Positions 1 through 10,916 of a stretch of 64,000 bases of DNA are shown piece by piece; the stretch's first letter is position 1; every line of letters begins with the position of its first letter. Made by a program: the position numbers and the translations under genes. The notes under the pieces were generated by a model. That model searched no databases. It saw only the letters and a program-made list of their open reading frames with translations, and was not told where the DNA came from. Source of the stretch: Thermodesulfovibrionales bacterium (lineage in GTDB: Bacteria; Nitrospirota; Thermodesulfovibrionia; Thermodesulfovibrionales; SM23-35); the NCBI GenBank assembly GCA_963715195.1, contig CAVQRT010000007.1:379657-443656 (forward strand), written 5' to 3'.

Positions 1-1
1 G

Positions 2-1021
2 TCTGACAGAAAACATGTTCAGATCGAGCTCGAGTATCCTTCGGGTCAGGAAATTCATCAGATCTGCTGCACGTATGCAGTGCAGGATCATCCCTATTTT
101 CACGCATTGCTCAATGACACGGAAACACGCGGTGATTTTGAATACGAACGCATTACCCAATCGTATATCCTTATCAAGGATCCGCTCAAGAGCAGGCTAT
201 CAAACGATGACCTTAAGCGCTATGCATCCCGCAAGAATGTAAACTCCGTCCTTCTGATCCCTCTCGCGGCAAAGAATGAAATCAATTATTTTCTGGTCTT
301 CTATGCCAAAGACCGCCGGCAGGAATTTACCGAATACGAGATAGACCTCCTCACTTTTTTCGGAAAAGAGATCATGAAGGCACTCAGGATTGAGAAACTG
401 GATGACGTTCTCCATGATTTCAAGAATCCTGCGGTCGCAATCGCGGGATTTGCAAAAAGAACAAAAAAACTATTGGAAAAGGAAGACATCGAAACTGTAA
501 AGGAAAAGCTCTCAGATTATCTGGATATCATTATTCAGGAGAGTGTCAGGATGCAGGAGCTTGCCATTTACCCGAACATAGAGGGGCGTGAACGGGAGGT
601 AGATCTGTCCGAGACGCTCGGAAGACGGTTCAGGATCAACAAGGAATCAATACGGGAGCAGAAAAGGTTGAATATTCATCTCATTGAAGGGGAGCGCGAG
701 CCTGGCCTCAGGATCTATTGTTCCCCACTCGGTCTTGAGCGTGTACTCGACAATCTCCTTGATAACGCCACGAAAGCGATTCCTGAGGAAGGAGGCGAGC
801 TGTCAATAAAAAGCTACCGCAGCGGAGATATGGGGGTGTTTGAGATCCGGAATACCGGGGAAATACCTGAAGAAAATATCGATCAGATCAGAAAAGGAGA
901 AGTAAAAGGACGCGGTCTTAATATTATTTACCGCTTCATACAGGCAAATCGTGGAAAGCTCGATGTTTTCACCGAAGATAATTCAACAACCTTCCGTATC
1001 ATGCTTCCCCTTCGTCCATAA
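2..1021 (+). CDS. GAF-domain sensor histidine kinase, 5' partial
   Basis: Frame is open from base 2 and runs off the window. H-box LHDFKNP, N-box LDNLLDNATKA, G-box GRGL. Confidence 0.85.
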   Translation, partial: SDRKHVQIELEYPSGQEIHQICCTYAVQDHPYFHALLNDTETRGDFEYERITQSYILIKDPLKSRLSNDDLKRYASRKNVNSVLLIPLAAKNEINYFLVFYAKDRRQEFTEYEIDLLTFFGKEIMKALRIEKLDDVLHDFKNPAVAIAGFAKRTKKLLEKEDIETVKEKLSDYLDIIIQESVRMQELAIYPNIEGREREVDLSETLGRRFRINKESIREQKRLNIHLIEGEREPGLRIYCSPLGLERVLDNLLDNATKAIPEEGGELSIKSYRSGDMGVFEIRNTGEIPEENIDQIRKGEVKGRGLNIIYRFIQANRGKLDVFTEDNSTTFRIMLPLRP

Positions 1022-1043
1022 CCTCCCGCAAAGCCGGAAAGAT

Positions 1044-1601
1044 ATGACAATGACTACGGTAATCAATAAGAAAACCCTGTATGAAGGGAAGTTTCTGAAG
1101 TTTGTGGTGGCAACCTATACCGACTCACGCGGCATCCGGAGGGAGTGGGAATTTATCGAGCGCCTCAACTGCAACGGTATCGTTGCTATCGTACCGGTTA
1201 CGGAAGCCCGGGAAGTTCTTCTTATCCGGCAGTTCCGGCCGCCGGTAAACCGTCATGTGATCGAATTCCCAGCCGGTCTCAACGATAAAGGCGATTCAAT
1301 TGTAGAAGCAGCCCGGAGGGAACTCCTCGAAGAAACAGGCTATTATGCGGGGGAAATAATTTTTCTTTCGGAAGGTCCTCTGTCATCAGGGGCTTCAGGA
1401 GAAATTCTCTCGGTCTATCTTGCACGGGATCTTCAGTTCAAAGGCACGATCGAACGGGATGAGACCGAAGATATCGAGGTTCTCAGAATACCGGCCGATG
1501 CGGTGCCTGAGCGTTTGTCCGCTTACCGGTCACAGGGAGATTTGGTGGATTTAAAAATTTTGGGACTGCTCGAACTCGCAGAGGAAGCAATGAGACCGTA
1601 A
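1044..1601 (+). CDS. NUDIX hydrolase (ADP-ribose pyrophosphatase-like)
   Basis: Nudix box GLNDKGDSIVEAARRELLEETG and QFRPPV...EFPAG. Start ATG 1044 or 1050. Confidence 0.9.
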   Translation: MTMTTVINKKTLYEGKFLKFVVATYTDSRGIRREWEFIERLNCNGIVAIVPVTEAREVLLIRQFRPPVNRHVIEFPAGLNDKGDSIVEAARRELLEETGYYAGEIIFLSEGPLSSGASGEILSVYLARDLQFKGTIERDETEDIEVLRIPADAVPERLSAYRSQGDLVDLKILGLLELAEEAMRP

Positions 1602-2816
1602 TCAGCTTCTGGCGGTTACCTTCAGAAACTTCCGTTTGCCGACTTTGAAGAGGTACTCTCCTGCCGGCAGCTTCGCATCCGGGTCATTGAGTTTCTGTTC
1701 ATTGACGGTGACACCTCCCTGCTTGATCAGCCTCATCGCTTCGCCCGTGCTCGGTGTCAGACCTGAAAGCTTCAAAATCTTCGGTACCCACATTTCATGT
1801 GCGTCCCAGAAAAGAGCGACCGAAGGGATGTCTTCAGGAAGGCCTTTCTGCCGGAAAACATGTTCAAACTCATCCCTGACCCGCAGGGCTTCCTCCCTGC
1901 TCCAGTACCGTTCAACGATCTCAAGAGCGAGGTTCTCCTTTGCACGCTTTGGATGAACAGACCCCGCCTTCAGACCTTCCTTCAGGGAAGAAAGCTCTTC
2001 CAATGAAAGATGGCTCAGCAACTCATAATACCTGAGCATGAGATCATCGGAAATCGACATGATCTTGCCGTACATCTCCCCGGGCTGTTCGGTAATACCG
2101 ATGTAATTTCCCAGACTCTTGCTCATTTTTTTCACTCCGTCAAGACCTTCAAGCAGCGGCATGAGCACAACGCATTGCGGCTCCTGCCCGTATTCCTTCT
2201 GGAGTTCCCTGCCAACGATGAGATTAAATTTCTGATCCGTTCCCCCGAGTTCCACATCAGCATGCAGCGCCACGGAATCATATCCCTGGATGAGCGGATA
2301 CATGAATTCGTGAATACCGATAGGATTCTGATTTACCCATCTCATCCTGAAATCCTCGCGTTCGAGCATCCGTGCAACGGTATATGTGCTGGTAAGCTGT
2401 ATCATCTGTGAGGAGGTCATCTGTGACATCCACTCTGAGTTGAAAACCACCCTGGTCTTTTGGGGATCAAGCATTTTCGATATCTGATCCCGGTAGGTCG
2501 CTGCATTCTGAAGAACCTCCCCCCGTGTGAGCGGTTTCCGCATCTCACTCTTACCGCTCGGGTCACCGATCATCCCGGTAAAATCACCGATGAGAAAGAT
2601 CACCTCATGGCCGAGCTCCTGGAACTGCCTCATCTTTTCGAGCAGGACAGTATGACCGAGATGAATGTCCGGTGCGGTTGGATCAAACCCTGCCTTGATT
2701 TTCAGCGGCCTCTTTTCGTGGAATGACTGTTCGAGTTTCCGGAGAAGGTCTGCCTCAACAATGGTTTCGACTGCACCCCTTTTAATGATATCAAGTTGAC
2801 GCTCCGGTTTCAGCAT
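1602..2816 (-). CDS. tyrS: Tyrosine--tRNA ligase
   Basis: [34 protein letters not shown] and a C-terminal S4 domain (VGKRKF). Confidence 0.97.
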   Translation of the reverse strand: MLKPERQLDIIKRGAVETIVEADLLRKLEQSFHEKRPLKIKAGFDPTAPDIHLGHTVLLEKMRQFQELGHEVIFLIGDFTGMIGDPSGKSEMRKPLTRGEVLQNAATYRDQISKMLDPQKTRVVFNSEWMSQMTSSQMIQLTSTYTVARMLEREDFRMRWVNQNPIGIHEFMYPLIQGYDSVALHADVELGGTDQKFNLIVGRELQKEYGQEPQCVVLMPLLEGLDGVKKMSKSLGNYIGITEQPGEMYGKIMSISDDLMLRYYELLSHLSLEELSSLKEGLKAGSVHPKRAKENLALEIVERYWSREEALRVRDEFEHVFRQKGLPEDIPSVALFWDAHEMWVPKILKLSGLTPSTGEAMRLIKQGGVTVNEQKLNDPDAKLPAGEYLFKVGKRKFLKVTARS

Positions 2817-2861
2817 GACATGTATGTTAAAATTTGTTCCGGCCGCAGGTCAAATGCCTGA

Positions 2862-3308
2862 TCAGGATTTGAGCCTCAGTATTCTAAGAAGAATACCGAG
2901 ATATTTATTGAGCCAATTGCTTCTCTTAAGAAAAGGCAAGACGGGCGAGCTTCTGATGCCGAGTCTATGCAGTTCACCCGCAATTTCATCGTTCGGGCCA
3001 TACCTGAGCCCTTCCCGAAAACTTCGAATTGCTTCCTCCCGGTTCTTCATGAGAAGATAAATCCTCCCAAGATTGAGGTAGTGAACTGAATTCTCAGGTT
3101 CCTTGCGGAGGCTTTCTTCACACCATGCGATGCCCCTAGTCGTCAATCCGCGTTCTTTTGCAATGCAGAATGCCAGATAGGAACGCGCGGACGGGTTGTC
3201 TTCTCGTTCAGCCGCCCTCTCGAAGAAACCAAGTGCCAGGAGGGTATCGCCCTGCCTGAGCGCTTCCGTCCCATTCTTGATGAGGTCTATTCCTTCGCTC
3301 TCCGTCAT
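2862..3308 (-). CDS. Tetratricopeptide repeat protein
   Basis: TPR-like helices (HYLNLGRIYLLMKNREEAIRSFREGL). Confidence 0.8.
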   Translation of the reverse strand: MTESEGIDLIKNGTEALRQGDTLLALGFFERAAEREDNPSARSYLAFCIAKERGLTTRGIAWCEESLRKEPENSVHYLNLGRIYLLMKNREEAIRSFREGLRYGPNDEIAGELHRLGIRSSPVLPFLKRSNWLNKYLGILLRILRLKS

Positions 3309-3423
3309 ATATGATCTATATAATACCCGAAACCTGCTTCAAACTGCAGATATGTTTGCTCTGGTTTATTTTGAGATATGCTAAAATTACAAGAATGCCT
3401 GTTTTCAGCACAAAGAGCAGGAG

Positions 3424-4650
3424 GTGCATACTCTGATACGGTTTTATAATACCCTCGGAAAGAACCTTCAGACATTCCAGCCAGTGAGGAAACGCGTGGT
3501 GACCATATTCACCTGTGGTCCCTCCGTGTACCAAAAATCTCACATCGGCAACTTTAGAACATTCCTGTTCGAAGACATTCTCTCGCGCTATCTTGCCTAT
3601 GCCGGCTTTAAAGTCACGAGAGGCATGAATTTCACCGACATGGAAGATAAGGCAATCATCGAAGCGGCAAAGAAAAAGATTACGGTTCAACGCCTGACAG
3701 AGAACAATATAAAAGAGTTCCTCCGTACAATAAAACGCCTAAGGATGCAATTTCCCGACTATCTGCCGAGGGCCTCTGAACATGTTGATGCTGCGGTCGC
3801 ACTCATTCAAAAGCTGATCGAGCGGGGTATTGCTTATTGGCACAACGGAAATGTGTACTATAATCCGTTAACATTTCCGGGATTCGGGAAACTCTATGGT
3901 CTCGATATGTCCCGTTGGCCGTTACAGAGAAAAAGATTCCACAAGGATACCTATCCCGGCCTGCAATGGAATAAAGGGGATTTCATTCTCTGGCACGGAT
4001 ACAAAAATGGCGACACCTGTTACCGGGATACAGAGATCGGCAGGGGCCGTCCATCATGGAACATTCAGGATCCGGCCATGGTCAGTCACTGCTTCCATGA
4101 GACCCTCTCGATCTATTGCGGAGGGATAGACAACCTCTATCGTCACCATGACTACACAAAGGCAATCCTTGAATCAGTGAGACCCTACCCGATGGCAAAA
4201 TTCTGGCTTCACTGCAATCATTTATATGTGAACGGAGAGAAGATGTCGAAAAGCAAGGGCAATGTCATCCATGTTGATACGCTCATCAAGAGGGGTTTTA
4301 GCATGGATGAAATTCGGTTCTTTCTCATATACGGACATTACCGGCAGAAGCAGGACTACACGGACAGACTGATGAACCTGACGGCAATAAAACTGAGAAT
4401 ATTCAAGGAACTGGTTAAGAACATCAAAACAAAGGCCGGGCACAATTGGGATTCTGCTGACAGGGTTCAGGGAATGTTCAGAAGGACTTTTGCTGAACAT
4501 ATGGATAATGACTTGCACGTCCAGGATGCTTTTGATGGGTTATTGCAACTATTGTCCGATATAAAGCTTCATTCATTAACCCCGGCAACTGCGAAGGGGA
4601 TCATCAAGACCCTCAGAGAAATCGACAAAGTATTACAGGTTATTTTTTAA
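3424..4650 (+). CDS. Cysteine--tRNA ligase-like paralog (divergent, C-terminally short)
   Basis: YNTL, CGPSVY, HIGN, NFTD, PRASEH, GRPSW, KMSKSKGN and HYR motifs. Two Zn-ligand positions are altered; 408 aa. Confidence 0.85.
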   Translation: MHTLIRFYNTLGKNLQTFQPVRKRVVTIFTCGPSVYQKSHIGNFRTFLFEDILSRYLAYAGFKVTRGMNFTDMEDKAIIEAAKKKITVQRLTENNIKEFLRTIKRLRMQFPDYLPRASEHVDAAVALIQKLIERGIAYWHNGNVYYNPLTFPGFGKLYGLDMSRWPLQRKRFHKDTYPGLQWNKGDFILWHGYKNGDTCYRDTEIGRGRPSWNIQDPAMVSHCFHETLSIYCGGIDNLYRHHDYTKAILESVRPYPMAKFWLHCNHLYVNGEKMSKSKGNVIHVDTLIKRGFSMDEIRFFLIYGHYRQKQDYTDRLMNLTAIKLRIFKELVKNIKTKAGHNWDSADRVQGMFRRTFAEHMDNDLHVQDAFDGLLQLLSDIKLHSLTPATAKGIIKTLREIDKVLQVIF

Positions 4651-4990
4651 TCGAAAACAGGGGTTCCTGTATTGACTCACTGCGACAGACCGGACATTTC
4701 CCGGGTTTTTTGAGCCGGTCCCGTTTCCGGAAAATGAACTTGCATTTTCTGCATACTGCAGGGATAACGACAAAACTCCGGCCGCCTTTGCTTATTGTCT
4801 GTTGGATATGTTCAAGATGATCATAGACATCTTTTTCAGAAATGCCCGTCTCGACGGATAGCTCTTTTGCAGAAAGCGTATTCCCGTTCAGAATCGATGA
4901 GATTTTTTGGCGGACCGTCTCCTGGCATGCTACCGGAACTGAAGGCTCCAGGTTTTTTTTCTTTGCGTATTTACGCAGAAAGCGCTGCAT
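4640..4990 (-). CDS. HTH + Zn-ribbon transcriptional regulator
   Basis: HTH (LSAKELSVETGISEKDVYDHLEHI) plus CRKC...CPVC. Start uncertain. Confidence 0.8.
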   Translation of the reverse strand: MQRFLRKYAKKKNLEPSVPVACQETVRQKISSILNGNTLSAKELSVETGISEKDVYDHLEHIQQTISKGGRSFVVIPAVCRKCKFIFRKRDRLKKPGKCPVCRSESIQEPLFSIKK

Positions 4991-6086
4991 GCATCGACCG
5001 CATAAAATTATTCAGCAGAACCGGGTTGAACGCACCTCCCGCATCGCGTTTCATTAACGAGAGCACTTCCCTGATTTCCAGCGCCTTCCGGTATGGCCTG
5101 CGGCTCCTGAGCGCATCAAAATAATCTGAGATTGCGACGGTCTGGCTGCACAGATGCTGATTCTTGTTCCGAAGGGCAGAGTCAGGATATCCTTTCCCGT
5201 CGAACCTCCGATGATGTTCAAACGCAACAACAGCCGCAAGGTGCGGAAGACCGTCCATCGTTGAAAGATATTTCGCCCCATAGACCGGATGCATGCGTAT
5301 TTCATCCCAGTCATTCTCGTCGAGAGCTTCTTTCTTTTCGAGCAACTCCTTTGCAATAAATAATTTCCCCACATCATGCAACAATGCAGATATCCCGATG
5401 TCACGAAGCAGGTCATCGCGCACCCCCAGCGTCTCTGCCTGGAACATCGAAAGCACTGCGACATTTGTAGCATGTGTATAGGTATATTCGCTGAAAGACT
5501 TCACAGGGCTTATCATCCTTAGGATATTCGCCTCCCTCCTGAAAGTGAGGATAAAATTCACAACAATCTCCTCAAGTCCCGCGATGTTGAGCTTCTTGAA
5601 CGGTGTAAGGCCGCGGTAGACATCCTTGACCATTTCAACCTGTCCTGATGTAAACCCTGAGAGGCTTTCCATATCAAAGTCGACGCCGTCCACTCCGAAT
5701 CCACCCAGGCGGACATCGACGACACCGGTCCTGATATGGGCATATGTTTTCGGTTCTTGCGTAGATGCGGAGACATCTGCAACAAACAGGATGAGTTCTG
5801 AAAATGTAATTCCCTTCAGAAAATCGACGCGGGAAAGGCCTTTCCTCTTCAATCGCTTCATGAGATTGATCCCCTGCGTTCCGGGTTCCCTAAACGGTGA
5901 ATTGTTCACGATAAGATCATCCCCGACGATCATAAGCTCAAGGCTGTCTGTCTCCTGCAAAAATTCATTGAGCTGTGAAAGGGCCTTCTGGGTCAAATCA
6001 TGAACGGAGGCGTGCTCCTTTGAATAAAGCGTGCAGTTCGAAACCGCCGACATGAATGTTGACAAAAATGCCTTTACGTTTTCCAT
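4971..6086 (-). CDS. HD-GYP domain phosphodiesterase
   Basis: YTYTH, LLHDVGK, EHH...DGKGYP, D.FDAL...RPYR. Confidence 0.92.
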   Translation of the reverse strand: MENVKAFLSTFMSAVSNCTLYSKEHASVHDLTQKALSQLNEFLQETDSLELMIVGDDLIVNNSPFREPGTQGINLMKRLKRKGLSRVDFLKGITFSELILFVADVSASTQEPKTYAHIRTGVVDVRLGGFGVDGVDFDMESLSGFTSGQVEMVKDVYRGLTPFKKLNIAGLEEIVVNFILTFRREANILRMISPVKSFSEYTYTHATNVAVLSMFQAETLGVRDDLLRDIGISALLHDVGKLFIAKELLEKKEALDENDWDEIRMHPVYGAKYLSTMDGLPHLAAVVAFEHHRRFDGKGYPDSALRNKNQHLCSQTVAISDYFDALRSRRPYRKALEIREVLSLMKRDAGGAFNPVLLNNFMRSMHAALSA

Positions 6087-8243
6087 TTAGTCTGTCAGCG
6101 TCCTGCCTAACCGTAATGATTCCGAGCGTATGTAATCATTTTTTGATTTCGCACCTTCTTCGACGAAATCTCTGATATCCCCTGAAGGGTAATTTTTCAG
6201 TGTCCGGTATATCTCCTCCTTCAGTTTCTCGGTGACCCCTTTAAACAGGATGCTTTTCCCTGAAATAATTTCTCTGAGCGCATCAAGGGCACGGGGATCA
6301 CCGATCTCGCCGAGGGCTTTCACGACGGGAATCTTATCATACAAGTCTGCTCCGCCGATACCCCGCTTCCGTAACATCTGTATCAATTCAGGGACCACTT
6401 CTCTCACCCGGTAAGTTCCTGCGAGGGCTATCCCCTGTTCAACCGTCTCTCTGAATTCCGACCCAAGATAGTCCCTGACCGCTGCAATGCCGTATCCGTC
6501 TCCTGCATTCAGCAGATACTTGACGGCCTCATAACTGACTTTGCGGTTTTCATGACGGCAGTACGACCGTATATATGGTAATACTTCTTCACTGCTGCAC
6601 TCCCCGAGAATATACAGCATATTTCTCTTCACAAACCATCTGCTGTCCCCGAGTCTCTTTACCGCTTCCGGAATGATCCTGTTACCGAACTGCTTCAAAA
6701 TACCGACGATGAATCTCCTGATAATCTGTGAATCCTCAGTGATTAGCGCGTCAACAAGCGGCGATATGATCCTGTCTCCATAATATTCGCAGAGGTTCCA
6801 GGCCTCTTCCCTCATCTGCCTTCCGAGTATTTTGAATGACTCTATAAGGGTTCCGATAAACTCCGGGGTATCATAACTCCTGATCGCCTCCGAAGTTATA
6901 TCCAAAAATACGTTCTTCTCTGCATTCAATTTCAGGACACGCAGTATCTGAAGAACCTGTTCGTATTGTCCGGTCCAGAGAAATTGGTCAACCTGTTCTT
7001 TAATCATCCCGATGAGCAATTGGTATTCTTCCACGGTAAGGATAGGCAGGGAAAGCAGTTCCAGGATTGTCCGATTGAAATCCTTCTCAATAATATCATC
7101 ACTATATTCCCTCTCCAACTCCTTCATTCCGATCGGGGCAACATCAGATTTGAAGTTGAGCAACTTTTGGATATCGCTCTGATAGGACTTGTCGATGTAA
7201 GACTCCAAGTCCCCTGCTCCCAGGAGATTGACGATATCCGGGGACAGAAAAATGTCGTCAACCAGCATACTATCACCAAACATAACGTTTTCCAGACCGG
7301 TCTGGGGAAGATCCGACAGTTTATCGAGCAGGTTTTTTAACGCATCGGGGATGATCATTTTCTGTTCATTGATCGTGCCGAGAAGCTGAATGATTTCGTC
7401 AACCGAAACAGCGCTCAATGCCTTGTACGCTGAATCCATATCGCTTGAAACAGTCCTGACCGTCGAGGAAAGAAACTGCTTCTTGAGATCTGGCTTTAGC
7501 CCGTTGATAAAATCGAGAAGCCGTCTGAGATCGCCGCTCGAAAAAACACTGTCAGATGACCTTCTGATATAGGAGGTAATAACCCGGTCGTATGATTCTT
7601 CCTTCAAATCAACGGACGGATTTTTGTTCAGGAACCGGGCGAGCATTTCAGGCGGAATCTCCCTGATATCCTCTGATATGCCGTCGGGCTGCAATGTTCC
7701 TTCGAGCATTCCGTAGACATATCGTTCCCAGATTTCTTCCTTCGGAGGTTCCTTCTGTGTTTTCCCTTCTTCAAAAGCAAAGGCCCCATAATCGATGAAT
7801 ACCGTCCTGATGTGGATCAGATTGAGTTTTCGCAACTGCTCCTGAACCGGCTCCTGAGGCAAATCACCGACTTTCGCGGAAATAAACCGGTGAAATTCGT
7901 ACAGTTCTTCTTTGGTAAGCCCTGTGATAAAGGAAACGGACGCAATATTCAGACCGCTCAGCTGAAGTGCAAACTCCCGGTAAACGGGATTCTTTTTTTC
8001 CAGATAATAATCATCAATAATCAGCGTATCCTTGGCAACAGCGAGTGTGATCTCCGGCCTCAATTCGAAGAGCTTCTGCATCAATTCAAAGGCGCGGCTT
8101 AACGATCTGTCGACAGAAGGGTGATTTGGCGGATAGATTGAAACATTCCGCCGGGAGATGTTCAACTCGATAATCGCATCACTGAGCAACCTGGCATCGA
8201 TAGGAACTTTTTCACTCTGCTCTGACATACTATAAATTACCAC
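6087..8243 (-). CDS. HEAT-repeat protein
   Basis: C-terminal HEAT/PBS repeats (DSRWFVKRNMLYILGE, ALGEIGDPRALDAL). Abuts the HD-GYP gene. Confidence 0.85.
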   Translation of the reverse strand: MVIYSMSEQSEKVPIDARLLSDAIIELNISRRNVSIYPPNHPSVDRSLSRAFELMQKLFELRPEITLAVAKDTLIIDDYYLEKKNPVYREFALQLSGLNIASVSFITGLTKEELYEFHRFISAKVGDLPQEPVQEQLRKLNLIHIRTVFIDYGAFAFEEGKTQKEPPKEEIWERYVYGMLEGTLQPDGISEDIREIPPEMLARFLNKNPSVDLKEESYDRVITSYIRRSSDSVFSSGDLRRLLDFINGLKPDLKKQFLSSTVRTVSSDMDSAYKALSAVSVDEIIQLLGTINEQKMIIPDALKNLLDKLSDLPQTGLENVMFGDSMLVDDIFLSPDIVNLLGAGDLESYIDKSYQSDIQKLLNFKSDVAPIGMKELEREYSDDIIEKDFNRTILELLSLPILTVEEYQLLIGMIKEQVDQFLWTGQYEQVLQILRVLKLNAEKNVFLDITSEAIRSYDTPEFIGTLIESFKILGRQMREEAWNLCEYYGDRIISPLVDALITEDSQIIRRFIVGILKQFGNRIIPEAVKRLGDSRWFVKRNMLYILGECSSEEVLPYIRSYCRHENRKVSYEAVKYLLNAGDGYGIAAVRDYLGSEFRETVEQGIALAGTYRVREVVPELIQMLRKRGIGGADLYDKIPVVKALGEIGDPRALDALREIISGKSILFKGVTEKLKEEIYRTLKNYPSGDIRDFVEEGAKSKNDYIRSESLRLGRTLTD

Positions 8244-8301
8244 AGAACAGCGTGAAAATAAATGATTCCTCCGCAGTATCCCCCAGTTGTGGGAATAGCT
8301 T

Positions 8302-9381
<1,080 letters not shown>

Positions 9382-9396
9382 TCATACTGTTACGGT

Positions 9397-9657
9397 TTAT
9401 TGCGACACAGGATAAACGCTTACCTGCAGTCTCGCCCTGTCTTTCCGTTCAAAATTCACCACACCGTCAATCAGAGAAAAAAGGGTATCATCAGAGCCTT
9501 TCCCCACATTCACGCCGGGATGGAATTTTGTGCCACGCTGTCTGACCAAAATATTGCCGGCACGGACAATCTGCCCGCCGAATCTTTTGACACCAAGGCG
9601 CTTTGACTCACTGTCCCTGCCGTTCCGTGAACTGCCTACACCTTTCTTATGTGCCAT
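9397..9657 (-). CDS. rpmA: 50S ribosomal protein L27
   Basis: [24 protein letters not shown]. Confidence 0.98.
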   Translation of the reverse strand: MAHKKGVGSSRNGRDSESKRLGVKRFGGQIVRAGNILVRQRGTKFHPGVNVGKGSDDTLFSLIDGVVNFERKDRARLQVSVYPVSQ

Positions 9658-9976
9658 TGCTGTCCTCCAAAACTATTTCCCTAATTTTTAAGGCAGTATA
9701 GGGTTGCCTGTGTCCGTTTGTCTTCCGGTACACTTTGCGGGGCCTCTGCTTGTGGACCATCACTTTCCGCGCCCTGTCATTCTTCTCGACCGTCGCGATC
9801 ACTTTTGCACCCGGTATATAGGGAGAACCATAGATACTTTTATCGTCCCGGTTGACCATGAGAACAGTATCGATGGCAACATCTTCACCCGCCTCGCGAG
9901 AGAGCCTTTCAACAGTCACCAAATCACCGGGAGAGACCCTGTATTGCTTCCCCCCGTTCTCAATTATTGCGTACAT
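9647..9976 (-). CDS. rplU: 50S ribosomal protein L21
   Basis: [14 protein letters not shown]...GHRQPYT; GGAGG RBS before ATG 9976. Confidence 0.97.
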   Translation of the reverse strand: MYAIIENGGKQYRVSPGDLVTVERLSREAGEDVAIDTVLMVNRDDKSIYGSPYIPGAKVIATVEKNDRARKVMVHKQRPRKVYRKTNGHRQPYTALKIREIVLEDSNGT

Positions 9977-10112
9977 TTCCACCTCCAGAATCAAAATTAT
10001 AATATAAAATGCATCTGAAAAACAATAAGCAATTCAGGAGATTGTCGTCGCTTCTGATTTCTGTCACGGACCCTCTGATATAACATCCCCGCATCAGAAA
10101 GAATGAAGCATG

Positions 10113-10916
10113 TCATCTCAGAACGATACCCGCATAGCCGACGACATGATCATAATCGCCGCTCACCTCTGCCGATGTGGCATATTTCACCAGACGGGCA
10201 GACCGGGCACCGAGAGCCTTTGCGGCAAAGAGAAGGGTGGTTACGGCCAAATATCCGCACATGGATATCTGCTCCTTCAGAACTACCTCATATAGTCCCT
10301 CCGGATCAAGGGCCAAGATTCTGTCGATAGCCTTTTTGTCCTTCTGTTTCGCAACGCTGTCTGGCACATAATGGCTCATGTCGGAGCTTGCTATCAGAAC
10401 TACCGGATATCCGGCAGTCTTAACCGCCTGTGCTATTCCCTCACCAAGTATTCTGCAGTCTTCAACTGATGCGGAAAGAATGGTGATGGGTACAATCTTT
10501 GTCTGCTGCGAGAAATATGCAATGAAGGGCAACTGCACCTCGAGAGAATGTTCAAACATGTGTGCCTTTGCATCCTTTGTTACGAGGGGAACGTTCATCG
10601 CAATTCTGTGGGAAATCTTCTCATCGATCTGAAATGTCGCTGTCGGAATCTCCCATTCGCCCGACTCCATGAGGGAAATCCGTGCCCCCAAACCGGTATG
10701 ATTCGGTCCCATGAGGATAAATGTCTCGGGAAAGTCGATTGCAGAATATACTGCTCCTGCAACAGATCCCGAATACATCAGGCCGGCGTGAGGACAGACC
10801 GCACCGATAACCCTCTCCTTTTTTGCCGATACATCAATGTATTCATTGACCTGCTGTGTCAGCTTCGGTACCGTGCCGTAATAAAACTGTCCCGCAACAG
10901 ACGGTGCCCTTTTCAA
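10113..10916 (-). CDS. amrB: AmmeMemoRadiSam system protein B (MEMO1 family)
   Basis: VAGQFY, PHAG, GPNH, EHSLEVQLPF, SSDMSHY, SMCG, VVGY. Confidence 0.92.
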   Translation of the reverse strand: MKRAPSVAGQFYYGTVPKLTQQVNEYIDVSAKKERVIGAVCPHAGLMYSGSVAGAVYSAIDFPETFILMGPNHTGLGARISLMESGEWEIPTATFQIDEKISHRIAMNVPLVTKDAKAHMFEHSLEVQLPFIAYFSQQTKIVPITILSASVEDCRILGEGIAQAVKTAGYPVVLIASSDMSHYVPDSVAKQKDKKAIDRILALDPEGLYEVVLKEQISMCGYLAVTTLLFAAKALGARSARLVKYATSAEVSGDYDHVVGYAGIVLR

